64,000 nucleotides of DNA. It comes from Camelus dromedarius (taxonomy: Eukaryota). The position numbers and the translations under genes were made by a program. The notes under the pieces were generated by a model. The model did no database searches. It was not told the origin of the DNA and saw only the letters and a list, made by a program, of their open reading frames with translations. Positions within the stretch are counted from its first letter, which is position 1. Each line of letters opens with the position of its first letter. The stretch lies in assembly GCF_036321535.1 (NCBI RefSeq), contig NC_087438.1, positions 9,984,001 through 10,048,000 on the forward strand, in the 5' to 3' direction. Shown here piece by piece: positions 25,245 to 37,933 of the stretch.

Positions 25245-25532
25245 CCATCTACAAAACAGACACAGACTTGCAGACATAGTAAACAATCTTATGGTTACCA
25301 GGGAAAGGGGGTTGGAGGGGATAAATTTGAGAGTTTAAGATTTACAAATGTTAGCCACCACATATAAAAATAGATTTTAAAAAATTTCTTCTGCGTAGCA
25401 CAGAGAACTATGTTCAGTATTTTGTAACAACCTTTAAATATAAAGAATATGTATGTATTTGCATGACTGGGACATTGTGCTGTACACCAGAAACTGACAC
25501 ATTGTAATTGACAGTACATCAATTAAAAAATA
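25245..25532 (+). mobile_element. L1 3'UTR fragment
   Basis: GCATGACTGGGACATTGTGCTGTACACCAGAAA...; TSD AACGCAGAAGA / AATGCAGAAGA (25234-25244 / 25533-25543). Confidence 0.85.
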
Positions 25533-27279
25533 AATGCAGAAGAGGTAAGTAGATGGGGTGTGAGGACTCTGTGGACAAAACAGTTCCCCAAACTGAGCCA
25601 TCAACCCAGCACAAATGCTGCAGCTGTTTCAAAGGCACCCGCAGTATTTCTCACACGGCAGTTCATATCGGTGATGTCAGACTTTTTTCTTAAACAAAAG
25701 TGAAATGTGAGAAGGTGAAAAATTACACAATGGTTGGAAGATGTTTTCTCTTGTTTCGGGAACTGTACTCTTAGCCGACTACATTTTTCCACACCAGGGG
25801 GACCTGGATCTCCCCCGGGTCTGTGAAAGTCGACATTTCTTTACCAAAACCTCCCCATTGGCTCCCTGAGTTCTTGGTCATCTCACCACCCTGTCCTGCA
25901 AGTCACTGAGCAGGGAAAATGACTCACAGCCTCTAAAGAAAACTGAATTCATTGAATTAGACGTTGGAAAAGAGCCTAAGTGAGTCACCGTATTCCTCAC
26001 CCTGCCTGGGGCAGCGCCACACCTACATCACTCCAGCCAGAAGAGAAGGAGCCAGGTTTTTAATAAGCTGGTTGGAGAAGGATCATTTACAACAATAATA
26101 ACCCCCTTCCTATGTGCACCTATATCCACACCCCAACAATGAGGCATTGCAAAGTTGGACCCCAAAGTATACGCAAAAGAGCAGAACTATGCAACGCGAG
26201 GAGCCCAGCTCATACGGAGCTTTTGTACAAATGAGGAAAAGTGGTCCCTGGGGGCAAAGAAATTAGGGAAAGCCCCCCTTCACCTCCCCGTCCCGGGGCA
26301 GAAGCTGCCCACAGCCTGCGTGCAGAGCTGGGGAGGCTGAGGAGTGGATTCGCTCCACTCCCAACTCCTCTCCCTGCTCCTGGGCAGCGAACAACCCCAG
26401 GACCACGTGCAGTGGCCTGAGAAGAAGTAAATGGAACTTTCATGCCTCTCTCTCCCTTTTCCTGGTCAAATCTATCTTTCCCTACATTTACCCCCATGGT
26501 TCCTATTGCTGACACTTGGTAACACTAATTTTTTTAATTTGTCACCCCCTCCTAATAAATCTGAGGGCTGACAGGTAACGTCTCTTCATCCCACTGGGTC
26601 CCTGGCAGGTGCTCAACCCCTCACTAAAGGAATGAATGACTCTGGGAAAGAATGAACCCAGCCTTCCAACAGTCCCATCTCATTTTTCCCTCGCTCTAAG
26701 TGGAAAGGAGGAGTCTGATCTCACCTCCACTGAGGGAAGACCCAACCAGTACACATTTTGTTCTCCAGAGCAGAATTCTAGGTTGGAGAGGGGAATTCTT
26801 GAACACGGGGACCACTGTGGCCATGAGATCTGAGTCCCTTGCTGGCACCATTTTACTTCTGCGCCCCTCCTGTTTGGATGTCATTCCAGAGCCAACTCTC
26901 TCACCAAGTAGCACCTTAGACTAGACCATCAAGAAGAGGGGCACATCCTTTCTAACCCCTCAGAGCCCTCTTACAGAAAGGGAGGGGGCTGCCTTTCCGG
27001 CTCCAATGGTCACAGCCGCCTTTCTTCTTGGGGACGATACTGGAATCAGAGCAGAGCCACCGAAACCACTTACCCAGGGCAGGGCCACTCCCCAGCCTGG
27101 CATTATTGACATCCTAACAGGCCACAGAGACAGCTGCCAAATGAACCCACCGCTTTGATATGAGGAGCCGCCTGTCAACGGCCAAGCCTGAGGTCAGAAA
27201 CTGAAATGTCTGAGGGCCAGTCCAGCAGTCCCCATGGTGTCTGTCATTGTTATTATTTGTTGTTGACATTTAATTGTGT

Positions 27280-27515
27280 GAGTCCATTTACATGAAAGAT
27301 CCAGAATAGGTAAATCCACAGAGATGGAACACAGATTGGTGGGTACCAGAAGCTGGGGGGAGGGACTACCCAATGAATATGGGGGTTTCATTTTCCAGTG
27401 ATGAAAATGTTTTAGAACTAGATAGAGGTGGTGGTTATATAACGTAAATGAACTAATGCCACTGAACTGTCCATTTTAACATGGTTAATTTATGCTATGT
27501 CAATTTCAAAAGCAA
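27280..27515 (+). mobile_element. Old L1 3' fragment
   Basis: ATCCAGAATAGGTAAATCCACAGAGA...GATGAAAATGTTTTAGAACTAGATAGAGGTGGTGG. Confidence 0.8.
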
Positions 27516-27534
27516 AAACACAAACAAAAGCCAA

Positions 27535-27700
27535 GGGACTTCTATCAGATTTCTGGCTTCACTTGAGAAACCCGAAGATCTGAAGTGCTGGCCTCATCCC
27601 CACATGGCAACAATCAGCTGGCGCAGAGCAGCGGCTGCCGAATTGAGGGAGCGGAACTTGCCCTCCACGTTGTCCTTCACCTGGGCTTCCTCTGAGCTGG
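27535..27700. mobile_element. hAT-Charlie fragment, MER102-like
   Basis: CTTGAGAAACCCGAAGATCTG...CATGGCAACAATCAGCTGG...GCGGCTGCC. Confidence 0.6.
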
Positions 27701-28007
27701 TGACCCCTGCCTCTACCCACAAGGAAGCTACTGATGTTCCACAGAGACCAAACAGAGTCTCCACTGAGCTGCTATCTTCGGGCACATGTGAAGTGAGATC
27801 ATAAGGTAAGATGTGAGAACAGAGCTGGGGGAGACAAACAGGAAGAGGCCAGGAGGCTGTGACCAGGGAAACAGACACCAGACAAGTAAGGACCTGTGCG
27901 TTCTGGTCACTCTGGCTGGAGAAGCATCTCCTCCACCCTCCCAGCCCCTGCATCCTCTTACTCTGCTTTGATTTCCTTCCCAGCTCTTATCACTACCTGG
28001 CTTACTA

Positions 28008-28479
28008 TGCATGTTAGGTTCCTAGGGCTGTCCAACCAAATAGCCACAGCTTGGGAGGCTCAAACAACAGAGGTTTATTCTTTCACATTTTTGGAGGCCA
28101 AAAGTCCTGAATCAAGGTGTCAGCAGGGCAGCACTCCCCCCAGCGTCTCTAGGGGAGAATCTTTCCTGCCTCTTCCAGCTTCTGGTGGCTCCAGGTGTTC
28201 CTTGACTTGTGGCTGCGTCCTTCCAGTCTCTGCCTCTGTCTTCACATCTCTTTCCTCCATCTGTTTCTATATCTCCCACCTTCTCCCTTCTCTTATATAG
28301 ACATCAGTCATTGGATTTAGGGCTCATCCTAAATCTAGGATGATCTCATCTTGAGATCCTTAACTTAATTACATCTGCAAAGACCCTATTTCCAAATAAG
28401 ATCTCATTCACAGGTATCAGGGGTTAGAATTTGGACATAGTTTTTTTCAGTGTGGGGGGAGACACAATTCAACCCATGA
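28008..28479 (-). mobile_element. MaLR solo LTR, MLT1C-like, inserted in an L2 remnant
   Basis: Typical body (CTCTAGGGGAGAATC...ACATCTGCAAAGACCCTATTTCCAAATAAG); 5-bp flanks TACTA/GACTA. Confidence 0.85.
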
Positions 28480-29009
28480 GACTATGTATTTTTCTGTTTA
28501 CTCTGTGACTCATGTTGTGTAAGTGTCATGAGAGTAGGGACTCTGCCCATTTGTTTCCATGTTGGATCCCCATAGCCTAGAACGATTCCTGGCACATGGC
28601 TACTCAGGAAGTGCTCATAGAATGAAGGAATGAGGCAGCTTGTGCGTGGGATGATGTTGGCTCAAGTCAAGTCAGCCAATAACCGGTCCAATCGGAAGAT
28701 ACTACAATAGCAATCCAGTGATGAATGTCAGCTACAAATATCAGGTAGACCCCAGGCATGAAGTTTGCTCACCATCCATGAGGCATAGGGGAAAATGAGG
28801 AGGTCTCCAGCCAGTCTAAGAGGTTTGTCATTGAAACCCCAAGCACATGCTGATGCAAATTCCTGACACACCAGCTCAGGGACACAGAACCCTGGTCTGC
28901 AGGGGCGGCTGGACAAAGAAGATTTGGGAAGAGTGAAGACTGCCTTCCACCCCCACTGGGGTGTTCTCAGTAATTCCCACACAAGGGTTTCACTCACTGG
29001 GGCGAGTGA

Positions 29010-29162
29010 TACTCAATGTGTGGGCACCAACCACCTGCTCCAGAACCACCTGGGGGATTTGAGTTAAAACCACACATTCTTGGGTCTCACCTCAGACCTT
29101 CCCCATCATATTCCTGGGAGGGATCTTAGGTGATTGCTGGGAACACTAAAGTCAGAGAACTA
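29010..29162. mobile_element. hAT-Charlie MITE, MER5A-like
   Basis: CAGAACCACCTGGGGG...ATTCTTGGGTCTCACCTCAGACCT...CACTAAAGTCAGAGAAC. Confidence 0.6.
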
Positions 29163-29713
29163 ACGAACCTCTGTCTCTTGGGACAGTAACCACTGGGATG
29201 TTTCCCCTCCTCAATTGTCAACATCTCACTTGATTGCTATTTGCTGGGGCCACTGTCCTCGCAATAGGCAGTTGCCCCGGAATTGGTTGGCCTGCTCCAA
29301 TTCCTTACCTTTGTATTTTCTTTTTCATCCTGTTATCAGAGTTGAAACATAACAGAGACGGCTCTGTTTCTATCCCCTAAACCCTTGAATGGTTTCTCCA
29401 GCATCTAGAGAGTAGACACTGCCGGTCGCCTGCCCAACAGCCATTTTTCTCCCTTACTTTGTTCTAATAGAACCCAAAAGAACTCTGATTTTATTCAGGC
29501 ATTGAGGGGAAAATGTGCTCATGAGAAGTGAGCCCCACCCCACCACAGGGACTAACTGTGATGGGTCCTCCATTAGTCATCATAATAACATCACCATTTG
29601 CCAGGAACTGATTCAGAGAGAGGCAGGTGACCGAGTTCTGTCCAGTAACACATGATGGGCATCTACTGGGAGCTTCTGGGAAAGATTCTTGACCCTGATA
29701 AATAGAGACCAGA

Positions 29714-29873
29714 CACAGGGATCTATATTCAGTATCTTGTAATAACCTTTAATGAAAAAGAATATGAAGACAAGTACATGTATGTATATGCATGACTGGG
29801 ACGTTGTGCTGCACACCAGAAATTGACACATTGTAACTGACTACACTTCAAGTAAAAAAAGAGAGAGAGACAG
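29714..29873 (+). mobile_element. L1 3' fragment inside an old MaLR LTR
   Basis: Same 3' end as 25400-25530; perfect 10-bp TSD AGAGACCAGA (29704-29713 / 29874-29883). Confidence 0.85.
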
Positions 29874-29909
29874 AGAGACCAGAAAGGGGAATTTTCCTAT
29901 TTCCCCCTT

Positions 29910-30853
29910 TGTAGCAGGTGCCTCTGGTTCCCTGTGGCACATCCCTTGGCCCGCCCTGTGATGGGTGTTCTTAGTTACAGCTGTTTGATCTTCTGACCTT
30001 CAAACCATTGGTGAGGGAGGGATTCCTGCCCTAGGGTCACAGGGGCGGCTGAACACCCAATACCCAACACTGGACAGATGAGATCAACAGCAGTTTATAG
30101 TCACATTTACTCACGCCTGGGGAAAGGGGAGAATACAGCATGCCACGCAGGCTGCACTCAGGAATAGAGGCAGGGTTTGTAGCACCAAAAGGGTGGGTGC
30201 CCCTTGGTTCCCCCGGGAGACTAGGATAGGCTTGTTGGAATAACTCCGTGGTCTGGCAGGAAACTCAAGCCTTTACTCAGGGATAAGCAGCCACAGGGCC
30301 TGGTCCTGGGATAAGGAGGGTGGTTTGGCTAGTGGACCTGATCTGTGGGAACAGGGTGGGGAGAAGAACCAGCTCTCCCAGCTTCAGATATCAAAGCAGC
30401 ACGTACTACTGAACCTTAATTTCAGGCCTAGCACCACAATGGTGGGCGTTCTTAAATGCTCATCCTCACCCTGAGCTGACAGCCCACACAATGAGCTTCT
30501 TTACATCTTGGCGTTTGAGTCTCCTCTGCGGCTCCTGCCCCCGCACACACCTGCATTCACAGACCTCCCAGCCACTGGGGAACAGAGCCGTGGATGAAGA
30601 TTCCAGCAGCCTTGTCTTCCAGGTAAGCAGTCCTGGCCACACTCTGTGTATTTCCCAGGAGGTCCCAGCAGACCTGAGCCCCATGGAGCTCACAGCAGGC
30701 AGCTCACAGCAGGCAGCTCAGTGGCACGACCTCGTGTTGGTTTTTCCTCCTTGCCAGTCTCATGTCCCCTGTCCCTCTCACTCCTGCTGCATGGACCTGC
30801 TCCCAAATAAATGCTGTCAGGCTCTACTTTTCAGGGAGCCCAAAATAATGCCA
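29910..30853 (+). mobile_element. ERVL LTR16-like element with a nested second LTR (~29980-30438)
   Basis: TGTAGCAGGTGCC start; CCCAAATAAA...CAGGCTCTACTTTTCAGGGAGCCCAAA end; interior resembles a MER54/MER74-type LTR. Confidence 0.55.
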
Positions 30854-32069
30854 CTTCTCTGTACCCAGAGACAGTTTTATGGAGAAATATCTCATACTTT
30901 GAAAGGACAAAGCTGAGGAGGTAAGCCAACATGCTCAGGATGGCGAAGTAGAAATCTGAGAGAAGTTAGGGGCCCCTGGTGACATCTCTGAGGTGCTGAC
31001 CCCAACCACCTCCTCCTCTCCATTTGAGCCAGCTTCATTGGAGCATCCTAAGTCATGCCCAAGATGTTTCAGAACATCTGTGTCAGTAACAGGCAAAAGA
31101 AGCACTTTAATTTTAGACCAGCGAGGCCAGGAGTCTCATATGTAAGATCAGCTGGCAGTGTCAGCTGTCACAGAACCATCTCTCAGGAATCCTACGGAAG
31201 GAGGGCACAGGAGTCCAATAGTGCCATCTGCCAAAGCCCGTCCCCAAGTCCCAGTATGTGGCGAGAGTAACTACTCACCATAACTGTGGTCATTCTCACT
31301 TGGCCTCGTTGTCTTCAGCTATCCCCTGAATTTCATTAGCATGAGTCTAGCCACCTAACTGTGGAGGAAATCCTTTGTCAGAGTTGCACAAGCACAATTA
31401 CAGCCACTAACAACGGAATTTCTCTGGATTCAGCCACATTCAAGCATCTCAGCTGCGTGTCAGCTACTGCCATGCAACTGGCATGTGGGTTTTGTCTGGA
31501 CTCTGTAAAACATTAAATAAGACGGAGGCTCTGAAAACACAGTTCCCTGGTGCTCTCTCTGCTCAGCAATAATGTCAGTGATTAGAGATCTATTTTTACT
31601 CTTTGGAAGATACTAATTAGCATTTAGCGGATTTACCCCAATTAGGCAAATAGTTGTTTAGTGAGAAATCTTCACAAGTTAGACGGTTCACATTACCCTC
31701 CCAGAGGAATTAAACAGATCCCCCATAGAGCCTGGTGGGGGAGTCAGGACGGGTGTCTCCTATGTATTTAGAGTGATTTACCAGCATGAACAGTTAGCAT
31801 ATGTTGTCAGAGTTTAGCTTGTTCTTTCTTGAGCTTCTAACGACACCTGCGAAGGTTCTAGGCACTCCTTAGCACTTGCTGAATTGTCTTGATTGCTGTT
31901 CTGTAATATTTACAGAGCACCTACCCTGAGCTAAACCAGGGGTACAATGACCAATGAGGCTGCCCTGTCTTCCAGCCTTTAGCCTCAGAGCTGTCTGACC
32001 CGCAGCAAGACATGGCCCCTCTATGTCTTGGTTTCCTCATCTGAAAAATGGGGACAGTAACATCCAGCT

Positions 32070-32235
32070 TCAAGGCCTTCAGCCTGTGCCGGCACACAGA
32101 ACCCCGCCCTGAGAGGAGCCCTGAGCTGGCTTTCATGCTCTGCTCTTCGCATCTTGAAATTCTTAACACTTTTTAAACAAGAGAGCCCACGTCTTTATTT
32201 TTGGCTGGGCCCCACAAATTGTTCAGCCCATCTTG
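32070..32235. mobile_element. hAT-Tip100 MITE, MER91A-like, within a MIR
   Basis: ATGCTCTGCTC...TCTTGAAATTCTTAA...CTGGGCCCCACAAATT; MIR core at 32020-32060 resumes at ~32255. Confidence 0.7.
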
Positions 32236-32788
32236 GGGACCAGAAAATATACCCTGCTGAGATTTATAAGGATTAAACAAGGGAATGCTTTTAAAGTACG
32301 TAACACAAAGCTTCACATAGGAGACGTTGTCAAACATGCTATAACCACCCCAACTAGGTAGTTAAATCCAAAACAAATGTGTTTTCTGAAGGCCTCCCAT
32401 CCACCTAATCGAAGAACAGTTAGTTAAATGCTGCTTAACTTTCTTTAAAAAAAAATGCTGTGAGTACATTTCTGACCTCAACTTTGAATCTTAATTTTCA
32501 AATAATTAATATGGTCTGTTTTATTCCGTCCAATCACTTTTGTCAAATGACCCTCCTCTCCACAGCGCCCGTTGACTTGAACTCTGTGTACCAATAAAGT
32601 CCTGTGACCACACCAATCAAGTTACCAAATACTTCATTGGTTCTTTCAATTCACTCACTCTTTTTCCTTGAATTGACCAAGTAATTTTCCCAAAATGCTG
32701 AGAGAGGTAAACCACACACAGGGGACAGTAACAGGTTAGAAGGGAAGACATTTTTTTTCTTACCTCCACAAACTGATCACCTTTGATG

Positions 32789-33049
32789 TATGTCCGCAAT
32801 CCCTTATCCACAATACTGAAATCTACAAAGCCCTAAAAAATTGCAAATAAATTTGTGGCAAATGGATTTGATTGCAAAACCAAACCTGGTACTCATATGG
32901 GGCTATCTGTGCTCTACTTATAATGGTGCTGAAGGCATGACATAACATATCCCATATAAGCTGAATTATCTTTCTAAACTCAAAAGAAAAAAATTTAAAC
33001 TCTGAAACACATCAGACCCCATGTTTTTGGATAAGAGATCATGGGCCTA
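32789..33049. mobile_element. TcMar-Tigger MITE (MamRep434-like)
   Basis: Terminal inverted repeats GTCCGCAATCCCTTATCCA / TGGATAAGAGATCATGGGCC. Confidence 0.65.
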
Positions 33050-33104
33050 CATCCGGTTTACACCATCCTTTCACGGCTCAATCCCAAACCAACAACAACA
33101 CATT

Positions 33105-33630
33105 AAGGACAGGCACTGGAACTCAAAGAGGTATTTGTACCACAAAACGCTGTGGCATTATTCACAATAGCCAAAAAGGTAGAAGCAACTCGGGTGTCCA
33201 TTGACGGATGAAGGAAAAACAAATGTGGTCTATACATACAATGGAATATTATTCAGCCTTTGAAAAAAAAAGGGAACTCTGACACATACTATAACATAGA
33301 GAAACCTTAAGGACATTACGCTAAATGAAATAAGCAGAGTCACACTGGACAGACAGTAAAAGATGCCACTTATTTGTGGTACCTGTAATAGCCAAATTCA
33401 TGGAAATAGAAGTCGAATTGTGGTTGCCCGGGTGTAGGGGAAGGGGGGTGTTTAATGGGAACAGGGTTTCAGTTTTGGAAGATGAAAAAGTTTGGGAGCT
33501 GGTTGGCAGGTGGTGATAGCTGGTTGCACAACATCGTGAACGCACTTAATGCCACTGAACTGCAAACTTAAACGTGGTTTAAATGGTAAATTCAATGTTA
33601 TGTGTATTTTTACCACAGTAAAGAAAAGAG
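33105..33630 (+). mobile_element. Old L1MB-like 3' end
   Basis: GCATTATTCACAATAGCCAAAA...ATGGAATATTATTCAGCC...CTTAATGCCACTGAACTG. Confidence 0.85.
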
Positions 33631-34001
33631 TCCGATCCTGGAAGAGCCATCTTGGTGCATGGGTGCTAAACCCCCTCTCCACCTGCTCTACCTCCCAGTA
33701 TTCCTGGCCACCTTGGAGCTAACCATCACCCTCCACCACCACCTTCATGGAAGCCCTCCAGCCAGAGACTTCAGCTGACTCTCACCTAACTCAGCTTTCA
33801 TCGGGCTTCACTTCCTAGTCTCAGACTGGTGAACTGGCAACAGACCCACTTCTAGCAGGGCATCAAAGCATGCACATGTGTCGTGGCCTCACCAGCATCC
33901 AGGACCCAGGACAGCCTGGAGACCACCTCCCTCACACTGTAGGACTGTGCTAGCATGCAGGAACGAGGAACTGGAGCCTCATCCAGTTGATCTGAACCCC
34001 T

Positions 34002-34526
34002 TGTGTATTCGTTTCCTGTCACTGCTGTAACAAATTACCATCAGTTTAGCGCCTTAGAACAATACAAATATATCATCATAGAATTCTGGCAGTCAGAAGT
34101 CTGAAATCAGTTTCACTGGAATAAAATCACTGTGTTGGCAGGGCTGCAATCTTTCTGGAGGCTCTGGACAAGAATTGCTTTCCTCGCCTCTTCCAGCTTC
34201 TTGTATTCCTTGGCTTAAACATTCCTTGTATTCCTTGGCTTAGGGCCCCTTCCCCCATCTTCAGACACACCAACCTCTGTCCATCATCACGTGGCCTTCT
34301 CTCTACAGTCTGACTCCCTCTGCGTCCATCCTCTTGGAGGGACTCTTGTCCTTGTGAGTACGTCAAGCCCATCCAGATAATCCAGAGTAATCTTCCCATC
34401 ACAAGATGCTTAATCACATCCACAAAACCTCCTTTGCCATGTAAATTAATAGTTCCACAGGTTCCAGGGATTTCACAGGTTCCATGGACATCTTGGGGGA
34501 GGAAGGCATTTGTTCAGCCTACCACA
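34002..34526 (-). mobile_element. MaLR solo LTR, MLT1D-like
   Basis: TGTGTATTCGTTTCCTG...CAGCCTACCACA; 5-bp flanks CCCCT/CCCCC. Confidence 0.85.
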
Positions 34527-35149
34527 CCCCCAAGAAGCTGGCTAAGGCTCACACACAAAATTTGAGAGCTGGAACAAGGGGACAAAACACCTCTGGCTCT
34601 TAGTTGCAGATCTGGAAAGTGAGTTCAGATCCACGTCTGAGAGAGGGACAAAGATTCAAGTCTGAGACTGGCCCAGTGCATCATCAAAGTGAGGAGGGCT
34701 ATGGGTGGCCTTCAGGGCCTGTAGGATGTAAAGACAAGGGACAGTCTTCTGTTTTGGGCAATATGGCAAACAACCGAACCCAATATCCTCCCGCTACCTA
34801 GCACCAAGGAGTGATGAACAAAATATGACCAATAACTTTTCAATTTCGTACCCAAATTCCTAAGCCAGTAAGGGATAAACTCGAGGCCAAAAAGAAAAAT
34901 GAAATGAAAATCAACATAGTAAACAAGAACTGATGCTGGGGTAACTCTGCGGGGGTGAGAGAGGGAGCAAGTTTTGGTAACTAAGGAGTTTATGTTCTAA
35001 TGGCTACACATAGACAGGAGAGGAAGCCTTGGGTCTGTCCCAGATGGAGAGTTGAAACTGAGGTCTCTAGGGTGATCCAAGAAAAAAATTTGCCTATTGG
35101 CCTAGGGAGATGACAAGGAAACTCACTGTCTTGGCCAGGACTAGGGAAG

Positions 35150-36485
35150 GGGTCATGATGAAGATCTGGCATTTACTTTGAGTGAGATTGGGAGCTATTG
35201 AAGGGTTTGGAGTAGAAGAAAGACAAGGTGTTAACAACAGCAACAGCAAATACACACTCACCTTAGACCAGAAAAAACAAATGGAAGCAGGGAGCCCAGG
35301 AGGAAGACTACACAGTAATCTAGGGAAGAGATGTTAGTGCCTCGGGCCAGAGAGGTAGCCGGAGAAGTGGGGAGAAGTGGTTGAAATCTGGATACGTACA
35401 AAGATGGAGCCAATGACACTCGCTGATGATTAGATCCAGAATAGGAGAGGCAATGTGACATCAAAGATGATTCCAATACCTTCAGTAATTTTGAGATTTG
35501 AGACAAATTTTTAAGTTTGAGATGACTGTTAGGCATCCTGATGGAGATACTGAGCAGGCAATAGGACACATAAGTAGGAGCAGAGGGACAATGTCAAGGC
35601 TGGAAATTAAATTTGGCAGATATCAAGGCAGGCACACCTTGCAGATACTGAAGGCTCAGTTCCAGACCACCACAATAAAGTCAAAGTTGCAATAAAGCGA
35701 ATCACACACATTTTTTGGTTTCCCAGTGCATACAAAAATTACATTGACACTATACTGTAATATATTAAGTGTGTAATAGCATTATGTCTAAAAAACAATG
35801 TATGTATATTAATTTTAAATATTTTATTGCTAGAAAATACTGACCATCATCTGAGCCTTCAGCAAGTTGTAATCTTTTTTTCAGTGGTCACATCCAAGAT
35901 CACTAATCATAGATCACCATAATAAATATAATAATAATGAAAAAGTTTGAAGTATTTCAAGAAGTACCAAAATGTGACACAGAGACAAGAAGTGAGTAAA
36001 TGCTATCGGAAAAATGGCACCAGTAGACTTGCTCAATGCAAGGTTGCCACAAAACTTCAGTTTGTAAAGAACACAAGTGTCTGTGACATGCAATACAACG
36101 AGGCATGCCCGTATATAAATGGGACTGAAAGCCGTGGAACTAGCCGAGATCACCAAAGGAGTGGGATAAGAAAGAGGTCCAGGCACCACACTCCAACATT
36201 AAGAGTTCGGAGAGGAGGAGGGAACCAGTAGAGGAGACAGAGAAGAAACTTCCAGAGAGAAAGAAGGAAAATCTGGAGAATGCATGTGCTGCAGGCCTGG
36301 TGAAGGATTGTTTTGAGAAGAGTGATCAGCAGGCCAAGTGCTGCTGATAGTGTAAAACAGATGACAACTGAGCATCACCCATGAGATCTGGCAGTGAGGA
36401 GATCACTGGTAATCTCGACAAGAGCAGCTTTGGTGGACTGGTGGGAATGAGAGCCTGTTGGAAAGGGCTTAAACCCAATGAATGG
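35150..36485. mobile_element. L2 LINE remnant, interrupted by a Tigger element
   Basis: TTTACTTTGAGTGAGATTGGGAGCTATTGAAGGG...CATCAAAGATGATTCC...TTTGAGATGACTGTTAGGCATCC. Confidence 0.7.
35629..36111. mobile_element. Tigger1-derived internally deleted DNA transposon
   Basis: TIR-like ends CAGGCACACCT / AGGCATGCCCG followed by TA; GTTCCAGACCACCACAATAAAG body. Confidence 0.8.
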
Positions 36486-36489
36486 AAGG

Positions 36490-36935
36490 AAACAACACAA
36501 GTGTCCATCAACAGATGAACAGATAAACAAACTGTGGTACATCTACACAATGGAATGCTATTCCACCATAAAAAGGAATGAAATACGGATACACGTGACA
36601 GCATAGATGAATCTTGAAAACATCATGGAGACTGTAAGAAACCAGTCACGAAGGGCCACATATTGTATAATTACATTTATTTAAAATATCCAATATAGGC
36701 AATCCGCAGAGAAAGAAAGCCCCTGGTTGCCAGGGACTAGGGGAACCCGGAGGCAGTGGGGAATGGGGAATGACTCCTTAATAGGTACAAGATTTCCAGG
36801 TGGAGTTATGAGAAAGTTCTGGAACTAGACTGGTAATAGTTGCACAACATTGTGAATATACTTAGTGCCACTGAATTATACACTTTAAAATGGTTACGAT
36901 GGTGCATTTATGTAGATTTTACCTCAATAAAAAAA
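36490..36935 (+). mobile_element. Old L1 3' end
   Basis: GTGTCCATCAACAGATGAACAGATAAACAAACTGTGG...TTTACCTCAATAAAAAA. Confidence 0.85.
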
Positions 36936-37528
36936 TGAGGAGAATGGGAGGAGAGAGATGGAAGACAGCAAAAACGGAAATTGTACTGTAAAAAACAGAA
37001 AAATAGAGTGGGAGCTCTAAGCAAGTTCAAGAAAACTGGGCAGACTCATGAGAATGAACAAGTAAAGACAAAATTGATGATTCAGGAGCGAGAAGAAGGA
37101 ATTGTTGGAGAATGACCTTGAGCAGAGGAGAAAGGCAAGATCTAGCACATGAGGCAGGGGTTGGCCTTTGCCAGGAGCCTGGGCATTTTGTCCACAGGAG
37201 GAGGTGGGAGGGACAGCATGTGAGCACAGATGCAGCCTGTAGGTGGATAGACACGGTGGTGAGGACCTACGGAAATCTTTCTCTGAGACACAGGGAGCAA
37301 GGTCTTCTGCGGAGACTGAGGATGGGGAGCAGATGTGAAGTAGTCATCTAGGAGCAGGAGAGTGACTGAAGCAGAGAAACACAGAGCAAGTGCTGCACTT
37401 CACTGAGAGCTGCTGATCATTCATTTCCAGTGAGACGCAGTGGGCATCTTGCTCCCGCCGCTGGCAGCTATGTGGGGGCGAGCTCAGAACAGGCAGCAAG
37501 TGGGTTTAACCAGGATTGTTTAGCCAAT

Positions 37529-37933
37529 TATGATGGTGAGTTTTATGTGTCAACTTGGCTGGGCCCCAGTGCCCAGATATTTGGTCCAACATTATTCTGG
37601 ATATTTCTGTGAGAATGTTTTTAGGGAGATTTGATGAGATTTACATTTAAATCGGTGGAAGTCAGTAAAGCAGATTGTCCTCCCCAATGTGGGTGAGCCT
37701 CGTCTAATCAGTTGAAGGCCTTAATAGAACAAAGTTTGACCTCCCCTAAGCAAGCAGAAATTCTGCCAACAGGCTGTCTTTGGACTTGAACTGAAACACC
37801 AGCTAGACCACCCTGCAGATTTTGAACTTGCCAGTCTCCATAGTCATGTGAGCCAATTTCTTAAAATAAACTTCTTTTCATATAAACACACATCTTGTTG
37901 GTTCTGTTTCTCTGGAGAACCCTGGCTAATACG
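37529..37933 (+). mobile_element. ERVL solo LTR, MLT2-like
   Basis: TGATGGTGAGTTTTATGTGTCAACTTGG...GGTTCTGTTTCTCTGGAGAACCCTGGCTAATAC. Confidence 0.85.

Noticed and set aside
34200..34242. Tandem CTTGTATTCCTTGGCTTA duplication
   Set aside because: Ordinary slippage-type duplication inside a dead MLT1D LTR
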